A DNA stretch of 63,366 bases, the filler included, from Octopus bimaculoides (Eukaryota): NCBI RefSeq assembly GCF_001194135.2. It is 7 parts of 7 records of this genome, joined end to end, with 100 filler letters (N's around TTAATTAATTAA, not from the genome) between each part and the next. Parts side by side here need not be neighbours in the genome. Positions count along the whole stretch, not along the records: positions 30,089 to 50,781 come from NC_068983.1; positions 50,882 to 58,941 come from NC_068986.1; 5 more parts are not named here. One strand, written 5' to 3'. The translations under genes were made by a program, and so were the position numbers. Below the pieces are notes generated by a model. That model was not told where the DNA came from. It ran no database searches and saw nothing but the letters and a program-made list of their open reading frames with translations. Below, piece after piece: positions 39,593-52,969 of the stretch. The stretch's first letter is position 1. Each line of letters starts with the position of its first letter.

Positions 39593-40307
39593 AATTGAGG
39601 GTAATAATCGCCATGATAATCTTATTATTTGCAATGGAACATACACTATCAGTTTGGACCCTTTTATGCTAAAAACTGATGGTAACATAAACTTACCAAG
39701 GTAATGAAATAAAAACATCATCGTTCTTTAGGAATTTTGTATTTGAACTGATCAAGCTATTCACGCAAATACATCCGTTATAGTAATGAATAATCGCGTT
39801 GGAAAAACACGTATCTCATAGGTCTATCAATCCCAGCACATTACAACAAACGCTTGAACAGTTAAGTAAACACAATTACATTGAAATACACGTTTAAACA
39901 ACGTGCCATCTGAAAACATCAACGGTTCCTGTGATCATTGTTGCGTTGGGGATAACAGGAAATGGCGATCTTAAATACTATAATCAAATACCATATGACC
40001 TCAGAGCTTAAAAAAAGAAGTTCTTATGAATATAGCCTATATCCCTAGAAAAATACGGTTATATGAATCGTTTCAAGTCTTTCAATATTCCAAATATTAC
40101 AACGAACTTTTAACAGAATCCTAATTCGCAGTTTTTATTTTTCCTTCTTGAAATGTGGCACTGCTTATCATAAATAACTCCACAGTGAAACATACAAATT
40201 GCTGTTTCTTGATATCTCTGGTTGAGACATGGAATTGGTCAAGTAAACAAAATTTGCAACAACGGAAATATAGGATTAATAATAATAATATTAATAATAA
40301 TAATAAT

Positions 40308-41168
40308 TTTAGCACTGTACAAGCACTTGAGAATGAATGAAACTGAAAATAGGTGGATAAAAAAAAGAATGCATGGACTATTTCATAGGGATACTGACGA
40401 TACGTCAGACAGAGAAAAAAGATGGCTATGGATGACTAAAAGTGATTTAAAACCGGAAACGGTGGCTCTAATCTGTGGTGCCCAAGATCAAGCACTAAGA
40501 ACAAATTATATGAAATAAAGAATAGACAACACATCAGAAAGTGATACGTGCAGAACCGTATGGCATATTACCAGTCAATGTACGCCACTAGCCCAGAAGG
40601 AATATAAGAGACACCACGGCAATAGAGCAAGGATTGTCCATTGGAAACTTTGCAACAAGTATGGATTTGACAGCAAAAACGTGGTACGAACATAAACCCG
40701 AAAGCATCAGTGAAAATGATAATGCAAAGATCCTTTGAGATTTTATGATTCAGTGCGGCTATGAGAGAATAGGAAGGCAGACATAGATTTAGTTGAGAAG
40801 GAAAGCGAACGATGCCCGATCATAGATATAGCATGTCCAGCTGGCAACAAGTTATGTGATAAGGAAGAAAGAAAAGTCGATAGATATAACAGGTTAGCTT
40901 GGGATGTTAAGAAGTTGAGGTCGATGAAAAAGGTGGTAGTAGTACCAACAATTGTCGGTGCTCTGGGAACAGTGAGTAAAAACCTTGAGAAGTACATGGA
41001 ATAAATAAGTGCTGCAATAATGGTGGAGATCTTGCAGAAAACAGCACTGCTTGGAACCGCTGGAATACTCCGGATGGTGCTCGGAAAATAAGAGGTGTTA
41101 CCTTAGTTCAGTGGAATTGAACAGCTGGCACCGTAGTACATATCCAGCGTTAGAAACTGTGGAAAGAC
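40308..41168 (+). mobile_element. 5'-truncated R4/Dong-like RLE LINE, family I, complete 3' end
   Basis: KSDLKPETVALICGAQDQAL; HITSQCTPLAQKEYKRHH; WYEHKPE; IIDIACP; VPTIVGALG; LQKTALLGTAGILRMVLGK*; 3' UTR; flanked by (AAT)4-ATT-(AAT)5 duplicates. Confidence 0.93.
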
Positions 41169-41222
41169 AATAAATAAATAAATACATAATAATAATAATA
41201 ATATTAATAATAATAATAATAA

Positions 41223-41500
41223 TCAGTAAATATAAAGACTTGCTAATAGAAATTGAAAAACTGTGGCATCTCAAGGCGACTTCAGTAAATATAAAGACTT
41301 GCTAATAGAAATTGAAAAAAATGTGGCATCTCAAGACGACTACCGTACCATTGATTGTAGGATCTCTATGAATGATAAAAAAGGTACTGGAACCTATTTG
41401 AAAATGAAACCAGGCTTAACATCCCTACAGGAAGTGCAAAAAGTCGTGTTAACTGGAACGACTATTGTACTGAGAAGAGCATTATCGCTGTGAAAATAAC
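41223..41500 (+). mobile_element. Short 3' fragment of another R4/Dong-like family with a 59-bp 5' tandem duplication
   Basis: SKYKDLLIEIEKLWHLK..TVPLIVGSL.MIKKG...VQKVVLTGTTIVLRRALSL*. Confidence 0.85.
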
Positions 41501-41667
41501 ATCCATTTATGAATTTATTTATTTATTTATTTTTTAAAAATATATATTTTACCTGTGAATTTGCGTGTGTAAACTGGGAATGCATATGATGAGCTTCTTT
41601 GCCCTAGGTGTACGGAAAAAACTCGGCAAGAAATGGAAGAACATTTGAAGAAAGAAGAAAAAAATCC

Positions 41668-41720
<53 letters not shown>

Positions 41721-41739
41721 TATAATAACAATAATATCC

Positions 41740-42640
41740 TCAACATATGTCGTGTAGCATAGCTAGTAGTTGCTGGATTACGACCGCGCCCAACCTGCTG
41801 CACAGTGGGGCACCTGCCGGGTGCAGCATCTTCAACATTGGTTCCACTCACGTTTACATCGCTATAGTGATTTATTTTGCTTGGCATTTTTACTCACAAA
41901 TGAGCTGTCTTCTTAGCTTATTACCAAACGGTATTTTTATCGAGGCACCATATCTATCAAGGTAGTCTGCCAAGGCGACAGGATCCTTTCTCCCCTTGTT
42001 TTGGACTCCGAGAGTTTCTTCTCCTAGGCTAACGAGTACAGCCTTCCCGGAGCACTGGTTATTTGAAGGCGCCAGATACTCACCTATTCTCACACTTCTC
42101 CTCTTGGTTTGGTGAAGGTGTCAACCAAGACTGCAGAGATCTTACTACCCATAGGTTGGACCTGCATCCTTCGCATTTCTCTTTATTTGCCACCATGATC
42201 CTCATTCTCACTTGGAGGTAGGTGAGCGGCAGTTGGTCCCGTATCTTCAACCAAATATTGCTCCGGATTTAAGTCCCGATTCGCGATTCATTCGACATCA
42301 TCCAAGAAATGGAGCCATTGGGTACTGACAAATTGTCACCAATGTGATTAACGAGTCCTATCTACCCCAGTTTTTACATCAGAATGTTCCTTCTCCTTGA
42401 CAGACTGCCAACCAAGGCTCATGAGTTCCGTCTACCAGTCTTCGGAATGGCAATCAATTCTTTTAAGTTCCTCTGCCCTTTGCCGGGTTTTGTCTTTAAT
42501 CCCGCGGGTTGTCGAAAACCCACCCTCTTCACCAAGTAAGCTTAATGGCGTTGCCGGTTTAGTCACCGACGACTCGACGGTTTCTCAACGCCACTTGTTA
42601 ATCACTCTGGGTAATTCTTGTTCACTGTTAGTACAGTAAT
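41740..42640 (-). other. GC-richer, decayed coding-like segment; possibly an L1/Tx1-type LINE 3' region
   Basis: IWLKIRDQLPLTYLQVRMRIMVANKEKCEGC weakly resembles the W....LP..R....C..C LINE C-terminal motif; no confident assignment. Confidence 0.25.
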
Positions 42641-42902
42641 GTCTATCTTATTATTTCCTGGTTCACTACTAGAGTTTCACATTTATTACTGTAAGGCCGA
42701 GGGTCTTAATAGTGTCCCCGCTGATTTCTTTAGACAACAAATGATGGCAGATTTACGACTGTTGGTTTAGTTGTTGATGATGCTGCAGCGTTAAATAGTA
42801 GAGCGGACTTGTGTCTAATAATGCAGCCTGGCTGATTGAACTGCTGGTTGATATAGCTGGTAGTCAATTAAGGAAGGGCGGACGGTAGGCGATTTTTGAG
42901 TG

Positions 42903-43188
42903 TAGCGTTGGCAAGTTGGGATTACTATAGCTGAGATATCAAAGTTTATAACCAACATTCCACAGTTTTAACAAGCTATAGTATTCTATGTATAAAAAAA
43001 GCCTATCGTATTTACAATGAAAGAATTTATCTATGGCAAATCACATCGTACTTAGGATATAAAAATATATAAACCTCTTAAAGTTTTAGCAGACATACAA
43101 AGTACTAGAAAAGGCTTACACATTTTTGCGGGAGCTGTTAAATGACCATGTCATCGTGTGAATATCAGCAGTACTGAGAACCCATTCG

Positions 43189-43284
<96 letters not shown>

Positions 43285-43675
43285 GAGAGAAGGCGAGAGA
43301 GATAGAAGGAAGGGAGATGAAGAGGAATGAGGAAAGTAAGCTCGCCAAAATCCCAGCGTTGGGGCGAATTTATGTCCTGAAATCTAGATTTCTTGGGGAG
43401 GACCGAGCGTAGTTAAATATGGAAATTTATGAAATCTTTGAGAGTAGCGTCGGCAAGTTGGGACTACTATAGCTAAGTTATCGAAGTTTATAAGCATAAT
43501 TTCACAGTTTTAAGAAGCTGTAGTATTCTATCTGGAAATACCCCATCGTATTTACGATGAAGAAATTTATCTATGACAAAACACATCGTGCTTAGGATAT
43601 AACAATATATAAACATCTCAAAGATTTAGCAAACATAGGTAGCACTAGAAATGGATTACACATTTTTTTGTGGTG
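42903..43675. repeat. About 235-bp direct repeats (42903-43135, 43445-43675) around a (GA)n tract
   Basis: GGCAAGTTGGGA.TACTATAGCT, CATCGT.CTTAGGATATAA.AATATATAAAC and TTACACATTTTT occur in both copies. Confidence 0.9.
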
Positions 43676-43830
43676 GGGACACCTACAAAAATCAGCGTTG
43701 CTTGAAACTGCAAGAATTCTTCGCAGGGTTCTTGAAGCATGACCGGTAAACAAGCGACACCATAGTCTGTTGGCTGTGGAAGATACACAAGATGTCGAAA
43801 TATCGTTCACTAGATAATAATGGCACTCTT
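43676..43830 (+). mobile_element. Terminal fragment of an R4/Dong-like LINE (distinct 3' UTR)
   Basis: GHLQKSALLETARILRRVLEA* followed by a UTR ending near TAATAAT. Confidence 0.75.
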
Positions 43831-43914
43831 CTTTTAATTTTGACTCTATATCTTCAGGAGTTACCTCAATCCTTTCTATATTAATAAATAAATAAATAAA
43901 TAAATAAATACATA

Positions 43915-43998
<84 letters not shown>

Positions 43999-44003
<5 letters not shown>

Positions 44004-44880
44004 TATCCCAGCAATGGCTGAGAAGCTCAGGACTCAAAGCAGAGACTGAAGGATTTTTAATTGCTGCACAAGACCAAAGCCTCCCCACCAGAAATTACCA
44101 ANNNNNNNNNNNNNNNNNNNNNNNNNNNNNNNNNNNNNNNNNNNNNNNNNNNNNNNNNNNNNNNNNNNNNNNNNNNNNNNNNNNNNNNNNNNNNNNNNNN
44201 NNNNNNNNNNNNNNNNNNNNNNNNNNNNNNNNNNNNNNNNNNNNNNNNNNNNNNNNNNNNNNNNNNNNNNNNNNNNNNNNNNNNNNNNNNNNNNNNNNNN
44301 NNNNNNNNNNNNNNNNNNNNNNNNNNNNNNNNNNNNNNNNNNNNNNNNNNNNNNNNNNNNNNNNNNNNNNNNNNNNNNNNNNNNNNNNNNNNNNNNNNNN
44401 NNNNNNNNNNNNNNNNNNNNNNNNNNNNNNNNNNNNNNNNNNNNNNNNNNNNNNNNNNNNNNNNNNNNNNNNNNNNNNNNNNNNNNNNNNNNNNNNNNNN
44501 NNNNNNNNNNNNNNNNNNNNNNNNNNNNNNNNNNNNNNNNNNNNNNNNNNNNNNNNNNNNNNNNNNNNNNNNNNNNNNNNNNNNNNNNNNNNNNNNNNNN
44601 NNNNNNNNNNNNNNNNNNNNNNNNNNNNNNNNNNNNNNNATAGTAGGTGCCTTAGGTATAATAAAAAAATATTCAGACAAATACATAACAAAAACACCAG
44701 GACTTACAAATATATATAACATACAGAAAATTGCACTACTGGGTACTGCACACATTCTACGCAAAACACTTTCAATACAGTAAACATAAGAGCACCACAG
44801 CAAACCACAGCACATACCCAAGGCGCACAGAGCTGCGCTCGGTAGTGAAGTGAAAGCACGTTATAAAAATAAAACTACTG
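43999..44880 (+). mobile_element. 5'-truncated R4/Dong-like LINE, family II, spanning an N-gap, in (TAA)n
   Basis: QQWLRSSGLKAETEGFLIAAQDQSLPTRNYQ [gap] IVGALGIIKK..IQKIALLGTAHILRKTLSIQ*; 3' UTR then (TAA)8. Confidence 0.9.
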
Positions 44881-44904
44881 AATAATAATAATAATAATAA
44901 TAAT

Positions 44905-45165
44905 GGTGTCTTATCTTGCACAGACAAATGAAACACAAGGTCACCACTGCATAGTTCAAGTGCCTCAAACTTCTCTTGAAATCGAAGCTCAACTTAAGGA
45001 ACCTTGTAACTGCTATCAACATATGGGCTGTTGCTGTAGTCCGCTATAGTGCACTCATCCCCAGATGGACACAAACGGAGACTGACCATCTCGATCGCAA
45101 TACTCGAAAGACAATGATAATGCATGGCGCCCTCCACCTTAAGGAAAATATACACAAATGTACAT
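44905..45165 (+). mobile_element. R4/Dong-like RT thumb-region fragment
   Basis: LKSKLNLRNLVTAINIWAVAVVRYSA...LDRNTRKTMIMHGALH. Confidence 0.85.
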
Positions 45166-45679
45166 ATTCGTTGCTACTCTCGGTTTAATACTACTTCTAC
45201 TACTACTACTACTAGTACTACTACTACTACTAGTACTACTACTACTACTAGTACTACTACTGACCCGGTGAACTGCGACGGTGATATTACTATTGTCATC
45301 TAATTGACATATCGCTCACGCTGCTGCTGTTGCTATAACTGCTCAATACTACTGTTGAAGTGCTGTTTGATGGGAGGTACGAAAAGCAGTTTCAAATTCT
45401 AAGCCACCTCTCATTTTCCTCCCTTCCTGGCCGGCCAGGATAGAAACGTGTGAAACAATTTGAAAAAGTTTTTTCTTCAAAGTGAAAAAAATTTCTTTTC
45501 TCTAAATTTTTCCCCATAGAGTAATTAAAAAAGAAAAAAAAAACAGTTTGATCTTCCAACCCTCCATAGTCTCAGAGGACGTCATAGCCACATAGAATAA
45601 GAGAATCAATGAAAGCAATTCTCTAAAAAGAAAAGCAAGTCACAAAACACGGACGGCCCGAAAGTCGTTCAGATTCGGT

Positions 45680-45752
45680 GACGAACAAAAAATTGCAGAC
45701 AGACGAAATGCCGCTAAGTATTTAACGCGGCGTATTAGCAATTCTGCTAGCT
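45680..45752 (-). mobile_element. SINE family B head fragment
   Basis: GACGAAATGCCGCTAAG..TAGCAATTCTGCTAGCTCG is the reverse complement of the family B head. Confidence 0.7.
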
Positions 45753-46582
45753 CGTCGCATTCCATGAGTGTTAAATATTATCATATAATAAACAAAATAT
45801 AATGAATGACATAATAAATATAACTGTGTACTTTTAAGATGCACGGAAAATGTTTTTGGAGATATACACAAACACGTGACAAACTCGTTAGGTTAGTTAG
45901 GCAGATTAGAATAAATTGCATGTCTGCCTACTTGCCAACGATCATAATGAAACTTGGTGTATTTGTTAAAAATATTTAGACAATAAAAGACAAAGACATT
46001 CGACGCACTCGGAATGCCTCCGCTTCAGCCTGCAATAATAATTAATCTAATCTCTCTCGCTTAAGTTGTTCCTGTATCCTGAATCTGTTTTATTTCATAT
46101 AATTAGTACTTCGTTACCGGCTCTATGAAAATCTGGTTGATTTTTCGAATGACTATACAAAGTAGGTAATCGTCGTCGTCACGGCAATATACTGCGCTAC
46201 ACTTCCCTTGGAGCGGGATTCGCATGATTCTTCTGCTAGATTTTTCTCTCCTTTTTTCTGGCAAATTTCCATTACGCTCTGGCTTCCACTACACTCTTCA
46301 TTGTTGCTTTGTTGGCGGACGAAAGAGCCTCTGATTGCTGATAAGGCGGAGAGACGGCAGAACAATTTCTCTGCTTGTGGCGGTAAAAAATGCAAGGTGC
46401 AAGGATTGGCAGTTCTACTCTAGCATTCGATCACAGAACATTTGTTGTGTCTAGTGTCAAGCAGACTCTTTTCCCGTCTCTTCCTACAATTCAACTATTT
46501 CTATGAACGTTTTGAATGCATTTGTCTACACTTGTAATAAAGTGAAATATGATAATGAAGACGATTGAATATATATATATAT

Positions 46583-46903
46583 GCTGAGGCCCCCTTCGAT
46601 CACGACTGACCATTGGATTGCACCTAGAAAGTTATCCTCCCAGAAAACACAAGTCCGGGCAAGGTCGTTTATAGAAGACCAGCAGTCGCCCATGCATATT
46701 AGCCTCTCCTCTCCACGCCACCAGTTTTATTCAAGGGAAAGGCAAAGACTGATACAGCTTGGTACCTTTGACGTTGCAACTAATTTCTACGGCTGAGTGA
46801 ACTGGAACAACGTGAAATAAAGTGTCTTCCCGGCCCGGGATTCGAACTCACAACCTCACGATCGAAAGATCGACGATCTAACCACTGAGCCATGAGCCTT
46901 CAC
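46583..46903 (-). mobile_element. tRNA-derived SINE family D, full length
   Basis: The reverse complement starts GTGAAGGCTCATGGCTCAGTGGTTAG (A box), GAGTTCGAATCCC (B box), then AAGACACTTTATTTCAC (CORE-like). Confidence 0.88.
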
Positions 46904-46917
46904 ATACACACACACAC

Positions 46918-47017
<100 letters not shown>

Positions 47018-47388
47018 TAAGCAATAATATAATGATCACGTCACTGCTTAAATATTTTGCACTCAAATATACCCGTCAGCATCCTTTGCGTAGGACTACG
47101 CAAAAGTTATTCCATGTACGCCGGATACAAAGCCGCCACCGCCATTACAGCAACCCCACCACTATCACCACCAATAGCTCTACTACTACTACTACTACTA
47201 CTACTACCAGTACAACTGCTGCTGCCGCTACTGCTGCTGCTGTTGCGGCTTCAATACTATAGTCAGTCTCTATGGAGAAATCCCATCTTATAGTTATCAA
47301 TCCAATCCTATAGTTATCATTCACCGTCAAAGCCATTGGCACATTTCCGTCATTTCACACCCACAACAAACACCTAACGTTTCACTGT

Positions 47389-47445
47389 CTTCTTCTTCTT
47401 CTTCTTCTTCTTCTTCTTCTTCTTCTTCTTCTTCTTCTTCTTCTT

Positions 47446-47476
<31 letters not shown>
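47389..47476. repeat. (TTC)n microsatellite
   Basis: Direct. Confidence 0.97.
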
Positions 47477-47754
47477 TGATCGACGAAATGCTTGGCNNNN
47501 NNNNNNNNNNNNNNNNNNNNNNNNNNNNNNNNNNNNNNNNNNNNNNNNNNNNNNNNNNNNNNNNNNNNNNNNNNNNNNNNNNNNNNNNNNNNNNNNNNNN
47601 NNNNNNNNNNNNNNNNNNNNNNNNNNNNNNNNNNNNNNNNNNNNNNNNNNNNNNNNNNNNNNNNNNNNNNNNNNNNNNNNNNNNNNNNNNNNNNNNNNNN
47701 NNNNNNNNNNNNNNNNNNNNNNNNNNNNNNNNNNNNNNNNNNNNNNNNNNNNNN

Positions 47755-47802
<48 letters not shown>

Positions 47803-48764
47803 TTTCGAGTTCTGAAATACAAACCCATGTCAATATGTAGATGAAATAAATAGATGTAATATGTAGATGCAATATAAATGAAATAATAGTGGGATCACTG
47901 TTAGTAATATCGATATTTTTAGAGTAGCATATAATATAGGCACTAATATCATGGAAATACTTATTAGAGATCCTGGAGCAAGTAGATGTGGTAGATAAAA
48001 TCGATCAGCCACAGAATTCCACTACTTAAATAAACGAGACAAAAATATCTGCAGTAAAGAATAGAATATTTAATTATTCAGATATTAAACACAAACAAAG
48101 ATCTTGATAGTCTATTAAGAAACAATCAATTATTTTATATCTATCTTAACAGAAAAGAATATTTGAAACTATATGACAAATTGGGTTATTTCATTCGCTA
48201 GAAACTAGAAATTTTGGAATAACCTGCAGGAATGTAGACTCAAATATGCCTCAATTGGTATGAGGGTTGTTAATTTACCAAATTCTATGATATACCAGTT
48301 AACCGAAACAATCAGTATTAGTAAATATAGATGCGTTTTTCCTAGCAATATTCAGAAAAACGAAACGTATTTTCTTTGAAGTTATATATCAATGGGAGCA
48401 TACAGCCATACATATTTAATAGATGTGAAGAAAATATCGAAATCCAAAGATACAAAATTACAGGGGTATCAAAAATTTCTGAATTAAAAATAGACTTAGT
48501 TTTCATTAAGATTTAGGAAATGCATCTGCATATAAATATATAATTCAGACTCTACCATTTAGATATAGGCACCTAAGACAGTATAGAAATAAATAGACCT
48601 TTGTCGGTTTCGACGACATGTGATCATTAGTGAATCGAATTAGCGTGTAGCTGTGTGTCTCAGAGGCAAGTGAACCTTTAACGAAATTCTAATCAACGTG
48701 ACTTTTAATAGTTGCAGTAAATCATTCTGAAGAGCATCCAAAACGTTTCTTCTGCGAGTTTCGG

Positions 48765-49047
<283 letters not shown>

Positions 49048-50736
49048 GGAGAGCGAGAGAGAGAGAAAGAGAGAGAGTGAGAGAGATCCCCTCACACTAA
49101 CACATACACACGCATGCACGCATGCACGCACGCACACATATACGACAAGCTTCTTCCAGATTCTGAATACCAAATTCATTCACATGGATATTGTAAAAGA
49201 TACTTGTCGAGGGTGGTACGCAAACAGTTTATTACACACCCAATGACACTTTATTGCTCTTATGGTAACCAGTATAATCCGATTAAAGTTTTTCGTTATT
49301 TCTATATGATGCAATAACACTGATGATGTAGATGAAGATGACGACGATGTTGATGACGATTATGTTAATGACGACGTCTATAATGTAAATGATAATTTTG
49401 TGGTAAAACTATTTCCTAAGAAAACTAGCTAAAACTTAGTTAACTGAGAATCTGCTATATTCAATTCTATTTGATTTTAGTGAATCTACTGTGTTCAATG
49501 GTTAAAAGGAATGAGGTCGAACTGGGTTAAGGTACTGAGGCAAAATAAATGATATACTCACATATACGTAATGCTATGATTTGTTGTTTTGGGTATATAC
49601 TTCGACTAGCAACAAAAGGAAGGTAATAATACTGATGACTTTGTTTGACAAGACATAAGAACACTCCTGGCAAAACGACTGAATCGATCACATTGCAGTA
49701 TTGTTAGGTATTTTATCGATCTAACATTGAAAGAAAAATGCTGAACAGAAATAAACTATGAAAAGCATTTTATCTCCAGTCTATAGCGTCATGTCACTCA
49801 ACCACCTGAACAATAAGTATAAAATCAATAAGTATAAAAACAGACAAAATTATTCTATATGATACAGGCATACGTTATAAAGATACAGTATGCAATCTGA
49901 GAAAAAGTGTTGATGATTTTATTCGGTAACAGTATAACTGGTCGAAGAATGTCCTAAAGGATTTTAAGCTACTTAATTGGCGTGCACTGTGAATAGCTTA
50001 TCATTTCGGACAGTTTCTCTACGTTGGAGAGAAAGGAACAGAGACGGTGATGATGTTGCGTGCACTGTTAGCAAATATGTTAGAGAAATTATATAGACTA
50101 GTTCATTAACTTGGGGTATAGTTGTTTCAACTCTGTACAACGTCAGGAGAAGTTGAGATGTTATATTATTAGGTGAAGAAAGGTAAGTTTATCACCAAGG
50201 ATTAAGTTGCCACTTCATGAAACTATAGTATTATTTATATTGCTATAATCCATTTGAAAATAAACTGTGCGGCAATGTGTATCTAAATTACACTCGAGTA
50301 TTACACATTATTTTCCCTCAATATTTGATTTCCTTTCATACACATTTAAAGAGTTACGAAAGTACATATCCAAGAGTTGAATAAAAGTTTGTGCTTTCGT
50401 CAGAATCTCAGGAAGTACGTAAACATGCATGTGTTTCACCAGGGAACAATTGTGTATTTTGCAATGATTGCATATTAGGGTAAAAATGATATATCTTCAG
50501 TGGACTATGCTGTATCTTCCCCTGTCAAAGAACTGAATATGCTACCTAAAACCGAATTCACTCGAACAGTCTCTGCAAGACTTGGTGTTTCAGCACTATT
50601 ATGCTATTATGGAATCTTTTTCGTAACGATTAACATATAATCGCATAATGTAGCAGTATTCGCTGGTGAGGGGACGGCTTAACAAATAAAACACACACAA
50701 ACACAAACATACACACACACATATGTGAATATGTGT

Positions 50737-50781
<45 letters not shown>

Positions 50782-50939
50782 NNNNNNNNNNNNNNNNNNN
50801 NNNNNNNNNNNNNNNNNNNNNNNNNTTAATTAATTAANNNNNNNNNNNNNNNNNNNNNNNNNNNNNNNNNNNNNNNNNNNNCCCACCCCACCCCACCACT
50901 ACTACTACCACCATCATCACCACCACCACCACCACAAAC

Positions 50940-51005
<66 letters not shown>

Positions 51006-51574
51006 GTTACTTGATTTTATATATCCTGCCTTGTCCTATATTATTTACTTTCATTAGCAGTCTTATTTTGCACTAAAAATTTGCCAGAAACATCATCAGA
51101 ACCAAGAGTCAAACTATACAATCAGGTTGTGCGTTTGTGTCTGCGTGTGGCGCGATACTTTAAATGTTTGAACTACATAAGTAAAAGTTTATGAATTATA
51201 TAAGTAATAGAGAGGAAATGTATTTATCCAATCGTGCAGCGTCTCTGAAATTATAAAGGAAATAAGAAGGAAATTATTCTGAAACAGACGCTTTCAGTCA
51301 ATAGATATTTAACAGCAAGATGTCCTGTTAGATTAGTAAAACGCACAAAAACAAAATGGCTACCACGGTTTCCAATGTTATCGTTAGTTTGCGCAGAGCA
51401 TTCTAAAGTCAGATTTCATAACATGTTCTTGTACCTAACCTGCATTTATGCGAATGAAATGAACTGAAAATCTGATGGGTTCTAAAGTTATTTTTATCTT
51501 ATATTGTCTTAAGAAAGACACACGAATATATATACATAATATACATTCACACGCATGCTGAAATCAAAGCATTT

Positions 51575-51880
51575 AGCTGGCGTGGGAAGAAGTCCGTGGT
51601 TTGGGGTTTAGATCCATTATATGCACTTCAGGAAAGTAACTTTTGCTGCGCCCTAAGGATCGACTTGTGACATATTCCTGAATATAGTCAAGGGAAACTG
51701 CGAGGATGATCGTAGTGTGCGTGTGTTTGTGTTTGTACGCCTCTTTGTTTGCTCTTTCACTGCCTTACAACCAGTATTGGTTTATTTATGTCACTGCAAG
51801 TTAGCGTTTCCACAAAAGCGATCGATATTATATATACTAACCTGGGGTCGGTTCTTTCTGTCTAAGCCTTTCAAAGTGAT
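51575..51880 (+). mobile_element. Old degenerate SINE family A copy
   Basis: Colinear remnants: head, GGAAAGT..CTTT core, TG tract, TTAGCG..TTC, CCTGGGGTCG. Confidence 0.55.
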
Positions 51881-52769
51881 TTCTTATAAATTCTATTTAC
51901 TTTGGTAAATGCTCTGCCTCGCACTCAAGGCCGTTGTGTGAACTAAAAAAAGAAAAAAAAAAACAATTTTATTTTGCATGAAGTTAAATTTTTTTCCTAT
52001 TTCTAAAACCACACCAATTTAGCGCAGTTTAGCTATAGAGCGCTGTTTACAAATCAGATGACCTTAATTTAGCTGAAGCGTTATCTAGTCTTAGATTTAA
52101 AAGGAAAATATGCATATGCCTCTGAGAAAGATCTATATGAAAGAATGACTAGAAACATACCGAGAAGGTGGAACACTTCATTAAATACATGTGCTGGGGT
52201 TGGTTGGGGTCACATTTAAGAGATTCGATAAATAATCTGTAAACATCAAATTTGGTCTCTGAATAACAAAATAGCTACAACAAATCAAGGTACAGGATGC
52301 TTTTCAAAATGTTGTTCACAAAATGATAAGGTAATATAAAGGTGACAATCCAAGAATTATTCTAGGTACAAAAAAACTTTAATTAAGGATTTGAAAACAT
52401 ACCAGTCATTCCATTAAACTATGTGACACACTTCAGAAATTTATGTGCAGGTTAATTTACTCCGGCTTCATAAGAAAAAGAAAACTGTAAGATAAGCAAC
52501 AGTTACACGTACGGTTTAATTAACATCGAAGCAAAATATAATAATGGAGTTGGGACATTTGGTAGACCAACTGACTGATAGTACTTTACAAGACCACCAA
52601 CCAATTACTTAGCTGACCCTAAATGTCGATATCTCCAGCCCACCATGAACGTGGCAAAATTAAGAAACATTTATTAGCAATCTCATAAATTATAGTTTAA
52701 AAGAAATGCATAACCAAAGTAACTGTCAACTCACACGTTTTGAAAAGGTGGAAATTTCCCTGCAAAATC

Positions 52770-52945
52770 ATTGAAATCATTTTACTAAAGTCTCGCGATT
52801 CTTATACCGATATATTCACATTATCGAGCAAGCCAGAGAATTCGTCACCATCTTTACATCTTACATAACTCGTTCTAGGTGTAATGGAACACTACGGAGT
52901 AGTTCACCATCCCGATGATTGGTTTTCACGTCTCTCTTTAGGGTA
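52770..52945 (+). mobile_element. Chapaev (CMC)-like transposase fragment
   Basis: With frameshifts HYR..REFVTIFTS...CN..GVMEHYGVVHHPDDWF.SRLSL, resembling the recalled Chapaev3-type ISHYR..F..FF...CND..GL...H.P.EWRLFIDSS..SL. Confidence 0.5.
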
Positions 52946-52969
52946 TGCGAATATATACATATATATAAT

